Shown piece by piece: positions 20,701 to 32,040 of a DNA stretch of 64,000 nt (the stretch's first letter is position 1; each line of letters opens with the position of its first letter). Source of the DNA: Lepidodermella squamata. Lineage: Eukaryota > Animalia > Gastrotricha. Below the pieces are notes generated by a model. That model was not told the origin of the DNA. It searched no databases and was given only the letters and a program-made list of their open reading frames with translations. Both the position numbers and the translations under genes were made by a program. The stretch is from assembly GCA_047495785.1 (NCBI GenBank), contig JBLDXI010000025.1:558001-622000 (forward strand), read 5' to 3'.

Positions 20701-23324
20701 AGTTTTCGCCGTTGAAATTTTAAATTTTATATTTGAATTCAACTTTGGATTTTCAATCATTTTGTGAAGTTTTCGCGTGAGAACTTATTTAAAAATTGAT
20801 TTTAATCATCTTTAGCGGAATCGTCGCGTCCGAAGTGCCGAGGGCAATTTTTCATCTCCAAAACGTTGTCTCGTCAAAAATTAAGGCAATTAAAAAATTT
20901 CAACATTATATCACAGGTAAAAATTACTACTGACCCTGAGACGTTGCTGGCCGTGCGAACGCGGCGGAAGGCGGACGGCGCCGTCGAGCGGGCGTGGTTC
21001 GGCAGCGCCTGTTTCGAGCCAACAGCCTCGAGGCCGAACGACAACACGGCATCGGCGCGGCAGTTCGGACAGCAGAACTTCATTATCGTCTCGGCAGCAC
21101 TGAAATAATACAACATTATATATGTCTGAGTGAAAATTAAACGACGGCATCTTTATCAGATTTCAATGTGGTAAATTGTGCACAGTGAACCAATAATTAT
21201 GAAAAATGGGATGATTATTCAAAATTAATCCACAAAATTATTATAAATATTTTATTTTATTTTACTCGAAGTAGGTAGGTAATTCTTTTAGGGTGCATCC
21301 GTTACTAGAACCAAATTTTGAAAATTCTCGAAAATTCTGGCCGATAATAAATTTGGGAAATGAAGGGGGTGAAAATGAACACGGCGAGGATGGCGAGGCA
21401 GAGCTGGAACCTGATCGGCGTGAGCCTAGCCGAGGCAAAGAAACTATTATCAATTTTACGGCTAATGGCTAATCGGTTTCGCCAGGACCAATTTATTGCC
21501 AGAGGTGATTGCGTTGATTGAAGACGGTTACAAAAGGGCGAAAATCACTGGGACGAAGGAGATGATAATGGATTTCCTCGAAGAATCGTTCAAAAACCCG
21601 GCCATCTTTTTTCTCATCGACAAAAAAGCCGTCAAGTATCAATCGGAGAAGATGCGCAACGATAATCGCATGGTTAAAATCCCGTCTCAATATTTCCACG
21701 ACTTGACCGGAAATGCTTCGAAATACACGGCTGCAAAACGTGTAAAACTTTCTCGTATCCTATCGATTTACAACACGAATCTTCCTAGAAATCAATTCAG
21801 TTTTATGAATTTTGTGAAAATTTGAAATGAAAAACTCGATTTTCTTGATTGAAAGTCATTTGCTATTATTGCTCCAAAGAGTTTCGTTTCGACAAATTCT
21901 CGGGGCACATACGAACTCTATCCACGGTTCATATAAGCTGTAGTGAGATGGAGGGCTCAGGCAATGTTGACTAATTTTTCGAAGCATCTGAAGACGCGCA
22001 TCTGTTGAACCAGGCCAGTGTATGGTCGTCGGCCTGCCAACAAATTCGCATTTCGCCTCATTTTGCGTTATTAGACTTGGCGTTGTTGTCGGTGGAACTG
22101 CGGCCGAATTGACATCAGTCGAGCTACTACGTAGACTTCCGCAGACTTCCGCCGGGCCCTCTTCCAGCCTTCACGCCATAATTTTTTAAATATTCAATTT
22201 TTCCCCGTGTTCATACAGAGTTTTCGCGTTTGCAATTACCATGTACGACTATGCATTATCTCATATTTAACCCGCCTCACCTATTTCTACCAATCTCTCG
22301 CACCGTCCATCTCTCTTGCGTTCGAGAAATCGGAAAGGTGAAAAATCGGAAAAATTTCAAATATAAATTGGTTTTTCGTTTTCGATTGTTAGCTCGCAAG
22401 TTCACTTCATCGGGGAGGCCACGCATTATTACTACGCTATATAGCACTCAAGTGGGAGTGAATCATTTCTCAGATCATGGCTGTGTCGCGTTCTGACGGC
22501 GAGGACCAGGCCTGATACAGAAAATCACAATTTGAACGGAAATTTGTTGGATTTCTTTTAAGAAAATACTGAAAATCCACAAAACTCCAGAATGAATTTC
22601 CGCTAAAATGAATTTTCAGATCGAAGAAATTTCGAGAAATCGATCGCAAAAACTGGAAAATGGAATTGGCTAATTCTTTAATAATTCCGAATCAGCAGCT
22701 CTTCTTGTTAATTTTGAATTTTGAATTTTCAAATATTTCAGGTGCTAAAAAAGCCGTCAACTTCATGATTTCACCGAACCGTTTCAGGTTAACGTAGAGG
22801 CAATGGCGCGAAAATTCTGAATATTTCGCAAGATCTCAGATCTCACATCACAGAATGCAAGGAAAATGCAAAATTGTGATTAACATTTCAATTTTAAAAT
22901 TCAAAATTTTAAATTAAACTTAAAAACCCATTTTCCGAGCGAGATATTGTTCAACCACTTGTTCAACGAATTTCAATCTCGCCGTGCCATAAAAATTGTA
23001 ATACCAACTTGTCAACGGTCATTTAATTTGCTTTATTTTTTTACAAAAATGGGATTCAACATTTTCTTACCTGAAATCGTTGACGGTAGCGCCGATCGGG
23101 TGGAAGAAAGCCGACGCCAATTGCTGGCCATTCACGGCAGAAAACGCCTTGAACGACTCGACCGCAGTCAGACTGGTGTCGCGGCCTTTCTCGCAGCACC
23201 TGTCGCACGAGTACGTGAGGGTGGCCGAGGTGGAAGTCGTCGGCTGTTTTGTGCCATCGCCACTGCTGTTGATAACGATGCCTTGAAAAAACACCGACGG
23301 CTGTTCGTTAGCAGAAGTCGCCAT
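14761..23324 (-). CDS. Uncharacterised multi-CxxC / atypical C2HC zinc-finger protein, ~537 aa; exons 23324-23071, 21099-20935, 19699-19544, 17376-16792, 15264-14829, 14778-14761
   Basis: All five junctions are GT-AG and phase-consistent (2,2,2,2,0); the total of 1614 nt is divisible by 3. One CxxC lies in each of exons 1-4. Fingers are CPGPCGDMFYSKESLRSHWAMMPVC and CLGCRRKFVKQRGLLSHLAQNPFC. AATAAA on the minus strand at 14692-14697. Confidence 0.75.
15368..15665 (+). mobile_element. Degraded Helitron Pif1-helicase fragment (intronic)
   Basis: Translates with a stop and frameshifts to FWKHVQVIK*TKNMRV..FPDWL..GDG..LIDHVYHDL.NNY.N..WVTERCIFATCNVEIDELN. This matches the Helitron helicase pattern L..NMR / F..WLL.IGDG / ERAILAP.N..VD.IN. 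Confidence 0.8.
16110..16340 (-). mobile_element. Degraded Ty1/Copia RNase H fragment (intronic)
   Basis: QAALCLANNSMTTKRSKRMVVKVHRIRDPILAGDV, then after a frameshift MAADIFTKAIPRVQFEYLVK*IGL. This matches Copia R.KHID...H.IR and ADIFTK motifs. Confidence 0.8.
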
Positions 23325-24253
23325 TCAAATGATTACTCAACAAAATTCCATTTATTATCTATAAAAAAATCGAACAAATCAACGATTGTTTTGGCTGGAA
23401 AATCGTGTGCCAGAACACGTGGCGAAAAAAGACGAAAACAATGCGATGCCTTTCATTGATAATAAATGAAGCTACGAGTGATGCGCTATAACAAACATGG
23501 CCATCGTAAAATAGGCAAGTAATAAAACGCACGCGAAATGTGGGTCACGCACTCAAATAATACCAGCCGCCCTGTCGATAAATCATAACATGAGAGGTCG
23601 CCAAAAATTTGGCTCGAACTAGACTGAACTCAATGTTCGAAGTGGAATAAATGAACAAATTAAATCAAAAATTAAATTAATTAATTTCTGATTATGGAAA
23701 AATCACATAAAATGTGCTCCTCTCCCATTGAGGCTATATTAGCAGTGTTTTGCGGTTTATTTTGAGATGCGATGCGAGTTCAAAGTACGGAGCCAGAATC
23801 GATTTTTCACGATAATAAATTATTCAAATGTTTCAAACGGTACTTGAAAATTTCATGACGCGAAGATGTGCTGGTGATGCTGCTGCTGAAGATGCGAAAT
23901 TTCGTAATCGCATCTTAATTTTGTTGAATGCTTCAGGTATTTCACAGTAACCGAAACTATTGGTACGCTGATATGTTCACGTCATTAATTCTCGGTTTTT
24001 TCAAACTGAAATAGCAGATTTTTTCAGGTTAATCAACTATAATTGAATCAAAGGTATTTAACGGTTGTAATATTAAAGAAAAATATTGCGATATTCCCGA
24101 CCCACTCGAATTTAATAAAACTGATATTGGCAACAACTTGAACGCAATATCCGGCTGATAACATTTGTTCGTTGTTTTTTTCAGCTATTTTTCAGCCGAG
24201 ATGTCGGTCGAAGCCGCTCGTTTTCACTCCGAACAAATTGTTTTTCAAACAAA

Positions 24254-27200
24254 ATGAATTTTTCAATGATAATTTTCTGGATGCTGTGTAGCTGGCCTGG
24301 CACAGCTGCTGACAAAAATAAAGACGGCTCAGGTGGTGGTCCAGCTCCGGCTCCAGCTACTGGTCCAGCTCCTGGTCCAGGCCCTGGTCAATCCGGGAGC
24401 TGTATTCCGCCTTACATCCCGGCTAATAATTCATTGCCAGATCCTGTCGGATTCTGGCCTTTCAACAGGTAATCGATTTAGTCCATTCAGAACCAATCGA
24501 AAGGATTCTTTGAATTAGGCCAGTAAAAGCGCCCTAAATGTAATATATAAAGCCGTCTAAACATGTATAGGATATCTAAAGGCTAAATTATCGACCTAGT
24601 ATGGACCCAATTTAGGCCTAGACACTACCATAGGCCTAAACCGGCACGACTGGGTACCCGCAAATTAAAATTATTTTCCCAGCCATTTCGATTTTCTCTA
24701 AAAAATTCAAGAAATTAGTAACAATGCGTCCTTCAATCTTCAATCATCTTCAAGCTAATTTTCAATAAAAATTAAAATCTGAGAAAATAACTGAAATTAT
24801 TCACCGAAATGCATTTGGCACTTATCAATCGAACATTGAACTGCCTTCGTTTCTTCGATCTCAGATTTCTTTCAATTTTTCGTGTTATCTTTTCAATTGT
24901 TTAGCTTGAACTTGTAATCCTATTGTCGATTCTTGCAGGGCATATGGTTTGCGCGATTTGAGCTATTTCGGGCGAGACGCTGTGCTCAATGGCAGCGGCT
25001 TCAACTTCGCGTCATTCCTCCAAGGAAACGGCAAACGACCCGGAGAAGCGATCGAGCTCAAAGACAATTTGACCGTCACAGTATCGAACATATCCTTGGC
25101 AACACTTGACTCGTGGACGGTCTCCATCTTCGTGAGAATAACTGAAAATATGACGGGAACCATCGTGGACTGGAATGCGGTGAATGCCAGCAGCCGCGAG
25201 CAACCAATTCTGATCGCAAACAGCTCAATGCCATGGGAATTGCAGTTTCAGTCAGGCCAAGGCACGAACTTCACTGTAACCAACTGCTCGTTGCTTTCGT
25301 CTCAGATGTTCATCGCTGTAAGCTACAGTGCTTCAAATGGACAGTACCAGCTCTACTGCGGACAAAATGCTAGTTCGATGACGGGACCAGCAGTCAAGGC
25401 ACCGAACCAGGCTGTTCCGCAGTTTCGAATTTGCAGCGGGTAAGATAAGAGTTTCTAATTCCAAAATCAGACTGCGAAGTACGGTAAGAGGGGATGGGAG
25501 GGTTGAGTACCTCCACCTCGAGAGGTCCAGGTAAGAAAACCACAGGGGATCCTTTGTGTTCAGATGTGCTCGGGGCTGGGCCCAAGCGTATAACCAACTC
25601 GACATCCTCTTCATCCACTGAAATCAGACATTTCGCTTGAGGCTCTGGCGCTAATATCTGAGACTAAGATGCCGCTTCAATATGAATTTCTCTAGCTATA
25701 CCATATGGATTCTCATTTTGTAGGCAAGGTGGCAATTGGAATTGCAAAGTAGCCTGCCTGACGATTCACGCCAAAGCTTTGAACGCGACAGAGCTGCAGA
25801 CACTTCAGCAAAATTGCGGGAAATATTACAGTAATAAGCCGGTTGCATTATTCAAACCACTATAAATTTCAATCGATCTATTCTCGTTTAGATGCGATCG
25901 CTCCACCGTTGGTCGCAATACAACCCGACGAATCTCTGCTGCTGCTGCCCAAGTTCCCGGGATCTCAAAATATATCTGCAATTTTCAAGCCTGAGAATTC
26001 TTTCTATGCCGGCAAGAACTCATCGTCGAACCTCTGGTTACCGTCTGGGTCGGCTAAGGTGGATGTCCAGACCAATGAGCTGCTACCCAAAGCACCCGAG
26101 CAAACCTGCGTTAATGGATCGCTGTGGAACACCAGGGTAAATAGTGTTGAATTTCGAAATTGTTTTATCAAGAGATTTGCATGTAAAAACAGGCAATTAA
26201 CCCCGATACAGCGAACTGGAGAATTGAAGTTTCATTCGAGAAGATGAAGTCCGAATCCGTTAGCGGTGGTTTCGCGCTCTTCATCGTTGATAGGAATACT
26301 ACTCTGAATCCGACGGCCGATAAGCCCCTCACCTACTACGGCGTGGATCACAAGGCGTTCAAGGGTTTGGGTGTTTATCTGTCTCCGCATCCGAGTAGCA
26401 GTCTTTATCTCAATTATGCGCCTAATTCGTCTGTCTATGAGTTGACGACTCGGGAAAATCAAAATGAAGCTCCTGCCGGAAGCCTCTGGTCATTTTGTAA
26501 TTTATCGGCGATCAACGCTATGACAGAATCGACCTTAGTTTTGCAGTACAGCAATTCAGCAATCAACGCTTCACTCACGCAGCAGCAGGCTTCACCTTGG
26601 AATCCTGTCAGCATATCCTGCTTTGAAAACTTTAATTTACCAAGTATGGGTGATTTAATCAAATCTGGCCGTGCGATCATCGGATTTGGCGGCGAGACAG
26701 GCAACAAGTCGGATCCTGTTCGAATCAAAAGCGTCCGTTTCTTCGAGCTGCAGCCCGCCTTTCCGATATCCCAGTTATCATTCGACTGGTCATCCATGCC
26801 AAATTGGCGGTTTTTTACCCAGAATATATCGTCTATGCAAGGCTATCCTTTGAGGTTGATAGATTCAAAGAATGCCCAACCGAGAGAAGCCGCAATGTGG
26901 AACAACTTTACCCTTCCGTTGACACAAGATGTCGAGTTCCGTGTCAAGCTGCAATTCGCCGCGAAAGAAAACCCTTCGCCTGCAGCAAGAAGCGATGGAG
27001 TCGCAATATGGATGGTTAATCCGAATAGCACAAGCATTCAGCCACCTAAATGTACGATTGCCTTTTATTTCTGTAAAACCCTAGCCCATAGGAATCTCCT
27101 AACAAAATAATCTGCAAACCAAAATAATGTGCGAGTCTCATTGAGTTTGCTCTTCAAACAAGTTTATGTATGATTTACAGATGGTCCCGCAGTATCGACT

Positions 27201-29225
27201 TGCTATGGAACAAATCCTTACCTTCCGTCATTCCAAGGCTACGGTGTAATCTTGGGAATTAACTCTCGTCAAATTCAATTGAAATACCAGATGCGCCTGG
27301 ACGATGAGCTGAATCCATGTGTAATCGGAACCGACTTGGAGCAGTTTCCGCTTGGTACATGCAATCTGACCGATGCCAATATTGTGCGTAACAATGGCCT
27401 GCCAATTGAAGTGCGCATAAGAGCTGCGAACGGTACGATATCAGTCCAGATTTTGAACGGAACTGACTCGGACAAGCCGTTTGTTTGCTATCAAGATCAG
27501 CAGATTCCAGGCCTTGTTGCATTCGCGAATGGAGGCGTATTCGGAATCGGGGCTCGCATGACAGGACGCGATGGCATCTTGGACTTCGTCGACATTGGTT
27601 CGGTTACAGCCTATTCGAGCAGCCAAGTTGATCTGAGTTAGCTTTGAAACTCCATCCTTGTGAAATACAATATTTGTTCAATCAATGTAGCAAAAACCTA
27701 CTCGTTGCCAATTAAGCAAACGCCGCAGCCGATGAATTATGGTCTACCTAGTTTAAATGCGCCGATTTGGATGCACAACCTGTCGGCAATCGCTAGGAAT
27801 GGAACTCACATGTGTAAGTTAACCTCTAGCTATTTCGAACTTCGATAATTGAATGGCTCTTTTAAATTAGTTCATGCCTGGGACTACTACGGCTCGATGC
27901 CAACTTTGCATGGCTATTCTGCGCTGGGTTTCTCACAAAAGAATAAGTCTGATCCCCTACAATTCGGCGCCGCCCAAGTGGCCGATCCAACTATGACGCC
28001 TGGCAAATGTTGGCGCAATGAAATACGAGCGGATGGAATTAAATGGGAGAGCAAGAGCAAAGGCTTTGCGTTTCTCATCGTTGATAACGCTACAACAACT
28101 CTAAATGTGACATCATCAACCAAGTTGACCGATGTTATCTACGGAACCAATTCGTCTGCATTCCTTGGTTTAGCTGTAGTAGTGTTGCCGGAAACACGAA
28201 CTATATACGGGTTCTATTCGAAAGAGAAAACTAACTTTGACCCAACTAAAGCAGCATATAGCAGTGATGCAGTGTCCGGGTTCCTTAATTTGGTCGGGTC
28301 ATTCCATTTGGTCGTCCAATATAATGCTGACGATGAGATCAGTGTTTGGTATCACAGGCTGTATGACGATATCGCAATTCCACTCTTTTGCGATATGCCT
28401 GTTCCTGGTTTGAAGGCCATGATTTCCAACCCGAAGAATCTTGCTATAGGATACGGCTCATACTGCGAAACGGATTGCTTTTTCTTTACGATATCTTCGA
28501 ATTTCTTCGAATTTGACTGCCCTCAAGACTCCGGGCCGACATGCGTCCCACCTACAACAACAACAAAAACTACAACGACAACTCAATCTACGAGTTCTAC
28601 AAGCCGGGCAACTACTACAACGCAAGCAATGCCATACGCGTCGCTCGTTGAAACCGAGCTTCAATCCAATCAGCTATTCCTAAACGGGACCAACATCGAC
28701 CCTAGTGTCCTCGCTGATCCAACCAGTGACAAATACAAGCTGTTGGAGCGGCAGCTCATTGAGCAAATGCGAAATGTCTATCGAAAGACTGGTTTCACTG
28801 TTCCGGACTTGAACGTCACTAGCATTGTTTATCAGTAAGTTTGATCATAACTAGATTTTTTAAATGATAAATTTTCCAATACAAGGCAACAATCGAAAGC
28901 GTTTATTGCCACGTTCAGCAGTTTGGTGACTTCGCAGAAAGAGGTTTCGAAAGATGGCATTCAATCCTCCATCAATACCGCGATTGACAGTTTCAGCTTG
29001 GAGGACTTATTCATGTTCGGCAACTCAAAGCCCGGCGTCCGAGCTACTAACGTTGTTACGAGAAGTTCACCTAAAAGCGCCCAGTCAGACGCTGCATCGG
29101 CAACCTTCTTCGATGATATGTTCCGAACTGGGGTCATAATAGCGGTTGCCAATGTTCTGCTGGCTATCGTGCTCAGCTTCTGCCTGTGCTGCCGGCGCGC
29201 ACCTCGTAAAGTGGAACCACCTTGA
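24254..29225 (+). CDS. Type I membrane protein, ~1269 aa: signal peptide, LamG/pentraxin-like domain, three L-type (legume/ERGIC-53-like) lectin domains, Thr-rich stalk, SEA-like domain, TM; exons 24254-24468, 24939-25439, 25724-25830, 25892-26136, 26193-27051, 27181-27636, 27691-27813, 27871-28834, 28886-29225
   Basis: Eight phase-consistent GT-AG introns; 3810 nt in total. LamG3-like PVGFWPFN..DLS..WTVSIFVR..ALNATELQTL. Three repeats with G.A(L/I/F)(F/W/L) and F.GL/YG.V motifs. PTTTTKTTTTT stalk, LADPTSDKYKLLERQL (SEA-like), TM GVIIAVANVLLAIVLSF, then CLCCRR. The gene model is solid; domain names are by eye. Confidence 0.8.
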
Positions 29226-30244
29226 AGGCTTCGGATTCCCGAATCATAACTGAAAATGGACAGTTCTAAAACTCAGCGCGTCGTCTCCGCTGCTGCAGGG
29301 ACCAATATCGCTAGTCATTTGTGCCTTTAAAATCACTAATCACGCTTTGCATAGATGATATACTTTGCTTTCAGTATTCAGCGTTAGCTATTTCCTTAAA
29401 ACGTTATATACCGGTGGACTTATTGTACTTATCTTTTTCATGCTTTCGATTATCGAAGGACAAGATTCCTTCATCAATATATACTTGGCGTTTCTCGTTG
29501 TAGCAGAACTGATACTCAAACCATTTTCAACCTTCTTCCTCCCATTTTCCAAGGTCGAATAGATGTAGATTTCATTAAAAAAATACATAAAAATCGACTG
29601 AAAAATGCTGGTTGCCTGAGCAAAGCAGCAGCCAATGTTATATACTGTATACAATCTAGCCCCGGCTTTTATCGCTAAATTTAAGTTTGATTCAATTTTA
29701 GCGGTGGCTATCGCTCGTGAAACGAGAGCGAGTCAGTGCTGGGGCGCAGGAACAAGGTTATTGTTCGTTATTCTCTAGTCGCTCTTGCTAGTCCTCTCCT
29801 ATATCAAAGCTTTACCGATATCAACAATTTTTCTAAGTGTGAACATGTGGTGAACTTTTAAATAAATCCTTGTAAATAACACCAATGGCTTGTATTCAGA
29901 GATCGCAGTTTATTGTTCGCTTCGCAGTTGCATTTTTTATCCGAGATACAAAAAGGCTAAAATATAATGGACGGTAATATAATTCATGATTTCGTGTATA
30001 AACGATAGGCGCTACACTAGCATAGTATACGTCTAACGCTTCTGAAAAGAAAACGCGAAATCAATAGATGAATACAGTGAACAAGTAGAGATTAATTGGG
30101 CGGAGAACGACTCAAAAGGCGACACGCTATCCGACCGCAAAATCTCGTGAAATTTTACAAAGGCGGAATTGCGTACCGAGACCAGATTTTCGATGAGATC
30201 TCGGCGTAATTCGAATTTCTTGAGAGTGAAAGGACGAATTTCTA

Positions 30245-32040
30245 TCACAACTTGACGGCGGGCTGTCCCGAGTTCGGTTTGGCCTTACTCGAGGTCCGAG
30301 CCGAAGAATCGCCACTTCGCCGGCCGTGGGCGGTCGTTGAAGTGCTGATACTCGGCGCGCTCGTCTCGTCAGGCTGTGATAGCTGCGTATCGATGGTTAG
30401 CGGCCGAATCGGGCTTTGCAGCGCTGGGCTCGCATCCGGCTTTGAGCTGTTCAGCAGGTACGACCACCAGGCCCGTTCCTGGTGGCACGGACAGGTGCAT
30501 GCGTCCGATAGGTTCCTCTTTATCGGCGGATCCCGGCAATAAATCGCGTGGCGACAGTTCGGAATTATACAAACGCCCTGTCCTGGGTTGCATTTACCCG
30601 TTGGGGAAGTTACTGATGGGTTAGATCTCGCCTTAGCGATGTCTGGAGGCTTCTTCGTAGAGGGCGAGTTAGGAGTGGTCACCGTCTTAGAAGGCACATC
30701 ATTTTCGATTTTTTCATCTTTCTCCCCAGAACTCAGTGGCAAAATGGGCGAATGTGCTGCGGCGGCTAAGGACTGTCTCCTGTGAGTCTTTGTAGACTCT
30801 GAGTTTGGAAGGGTCCCATTCCCAGCAGCTGGCGAAGTTGGTTCCTTGTCCTCTGAAGTTTCAGCTAGAAGAGGTTGGGATTTGATGGTATTTGCCACGC
30901 GTGTCCAGCCGGAAGATCGCCGCGAGACCGGCGGGTGTGATACTGTGGATTGCTTGGTGAAGGGCACTTCGGTTGTGAGCATAGGGGTTTTGCTGGCTGA
31001 CTCCTGTTGATTGTAGGCTATCACATCCTGATAAAAGAAACAAAATCAATATTGAGCTACTTCAGCTACTTCTTCTACTTACGCCTTCAATTTTAACAGA
31101 AGTGAGCGCAGCGACAGCAGCCTCCATTTCATCACGCCTTTCGTCTTCTGTATTCACTGTCATGAATCGAAGCACCTGTGAAAAATAGATAGATTAGAGC
31201 ATTGAACCGAAGAACTTTTGTCTAATTGATTTAGACAGTAATCGAGTTTCTCTTCACCTTCCCCAACTTTAAGTTTATGAACATCTATAATTCCTGATCA
31301 GAGGGTTAACGTACCATAAGGTTCATGTTGGCCGACAGCACAGTAAGGCCGAACAGAATAAACATGAGCGTGAATACGACATACTCAGGCCGATGTTCCA
31401 GGTCCGACTCGCCAGACTGCAGCGGAACCAAGTCTCCAAAACCAACTGTTGTCAACGTGATGATACAGTAATACACGGCATTCCAGTAACCCCACGACTC
31501 ATAATGGTCGAAAACTGCGGCTGATATGAAAACTACCAGTAACGCTAGAGTCGTGTCTATTACTATGAGGTTAGTCTGCGAGACCTCGGCGTTTTTGAAT
31601 CGGAAGCACTTTTTGATGTTGGCCAGCAGAAACGTCGCGAAAACGTTTAACCGCTCTCCGATAGACTGGAACATGACTAGGCCGAGGGGAATGCCGATGA
31701 AAGCGTAGAACATCGTAAAAGCCTTCCCGCCGATCGTTCTCGGCGTCGAATGGCCGTAGCCTATCGTTGTCATGACAGTCACTGAGTAATAAAACGCGCC
31801 GGCAAATTTCCACTGACGGGCGTTGTGCGGTATCAGATGTTTGACTAGCACTGACATATTTCGAAAATCCTCCTCTGTGATGTTGTATTTGTTGACAAAG
31901 TGAGATTTGATGAGCATGAGACGACGCAGATCCTCGGCTTCATAGTCGGACTCAAGGGCGTCGAAAATAGCAGCACCAACCAGAAGAAACGTGAATATGC
32001 ACACGATGAGTGAGATCGTGCGGACGTTCTGCTTTTTCAT
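30245..32040 (-). CDS. Two-pore-domain K+ channel, TASK subfamily (KCNK3/KCNK9/sup-9-like), ~533 aa; exons 32040-31315, 31175-31083, 31027-30245
   Basis: N-terminus MKKQNVRTISLIVC, P1 TTIGYGH, P2 TTVGFGD, and the X-gate VLRFMT..EDERRD restored by splicing. Long Ser/Pro-rich tail. Confidence 0.96.

Noticed and set aside
21496-21825. 109 aa protein-like ORF antisense within intron 1 of the zinc-finger gene
   Set aside because: It begins at a non-ATG codon, and I could find no family match or partner exons. It may be a transposon or gene fragment.
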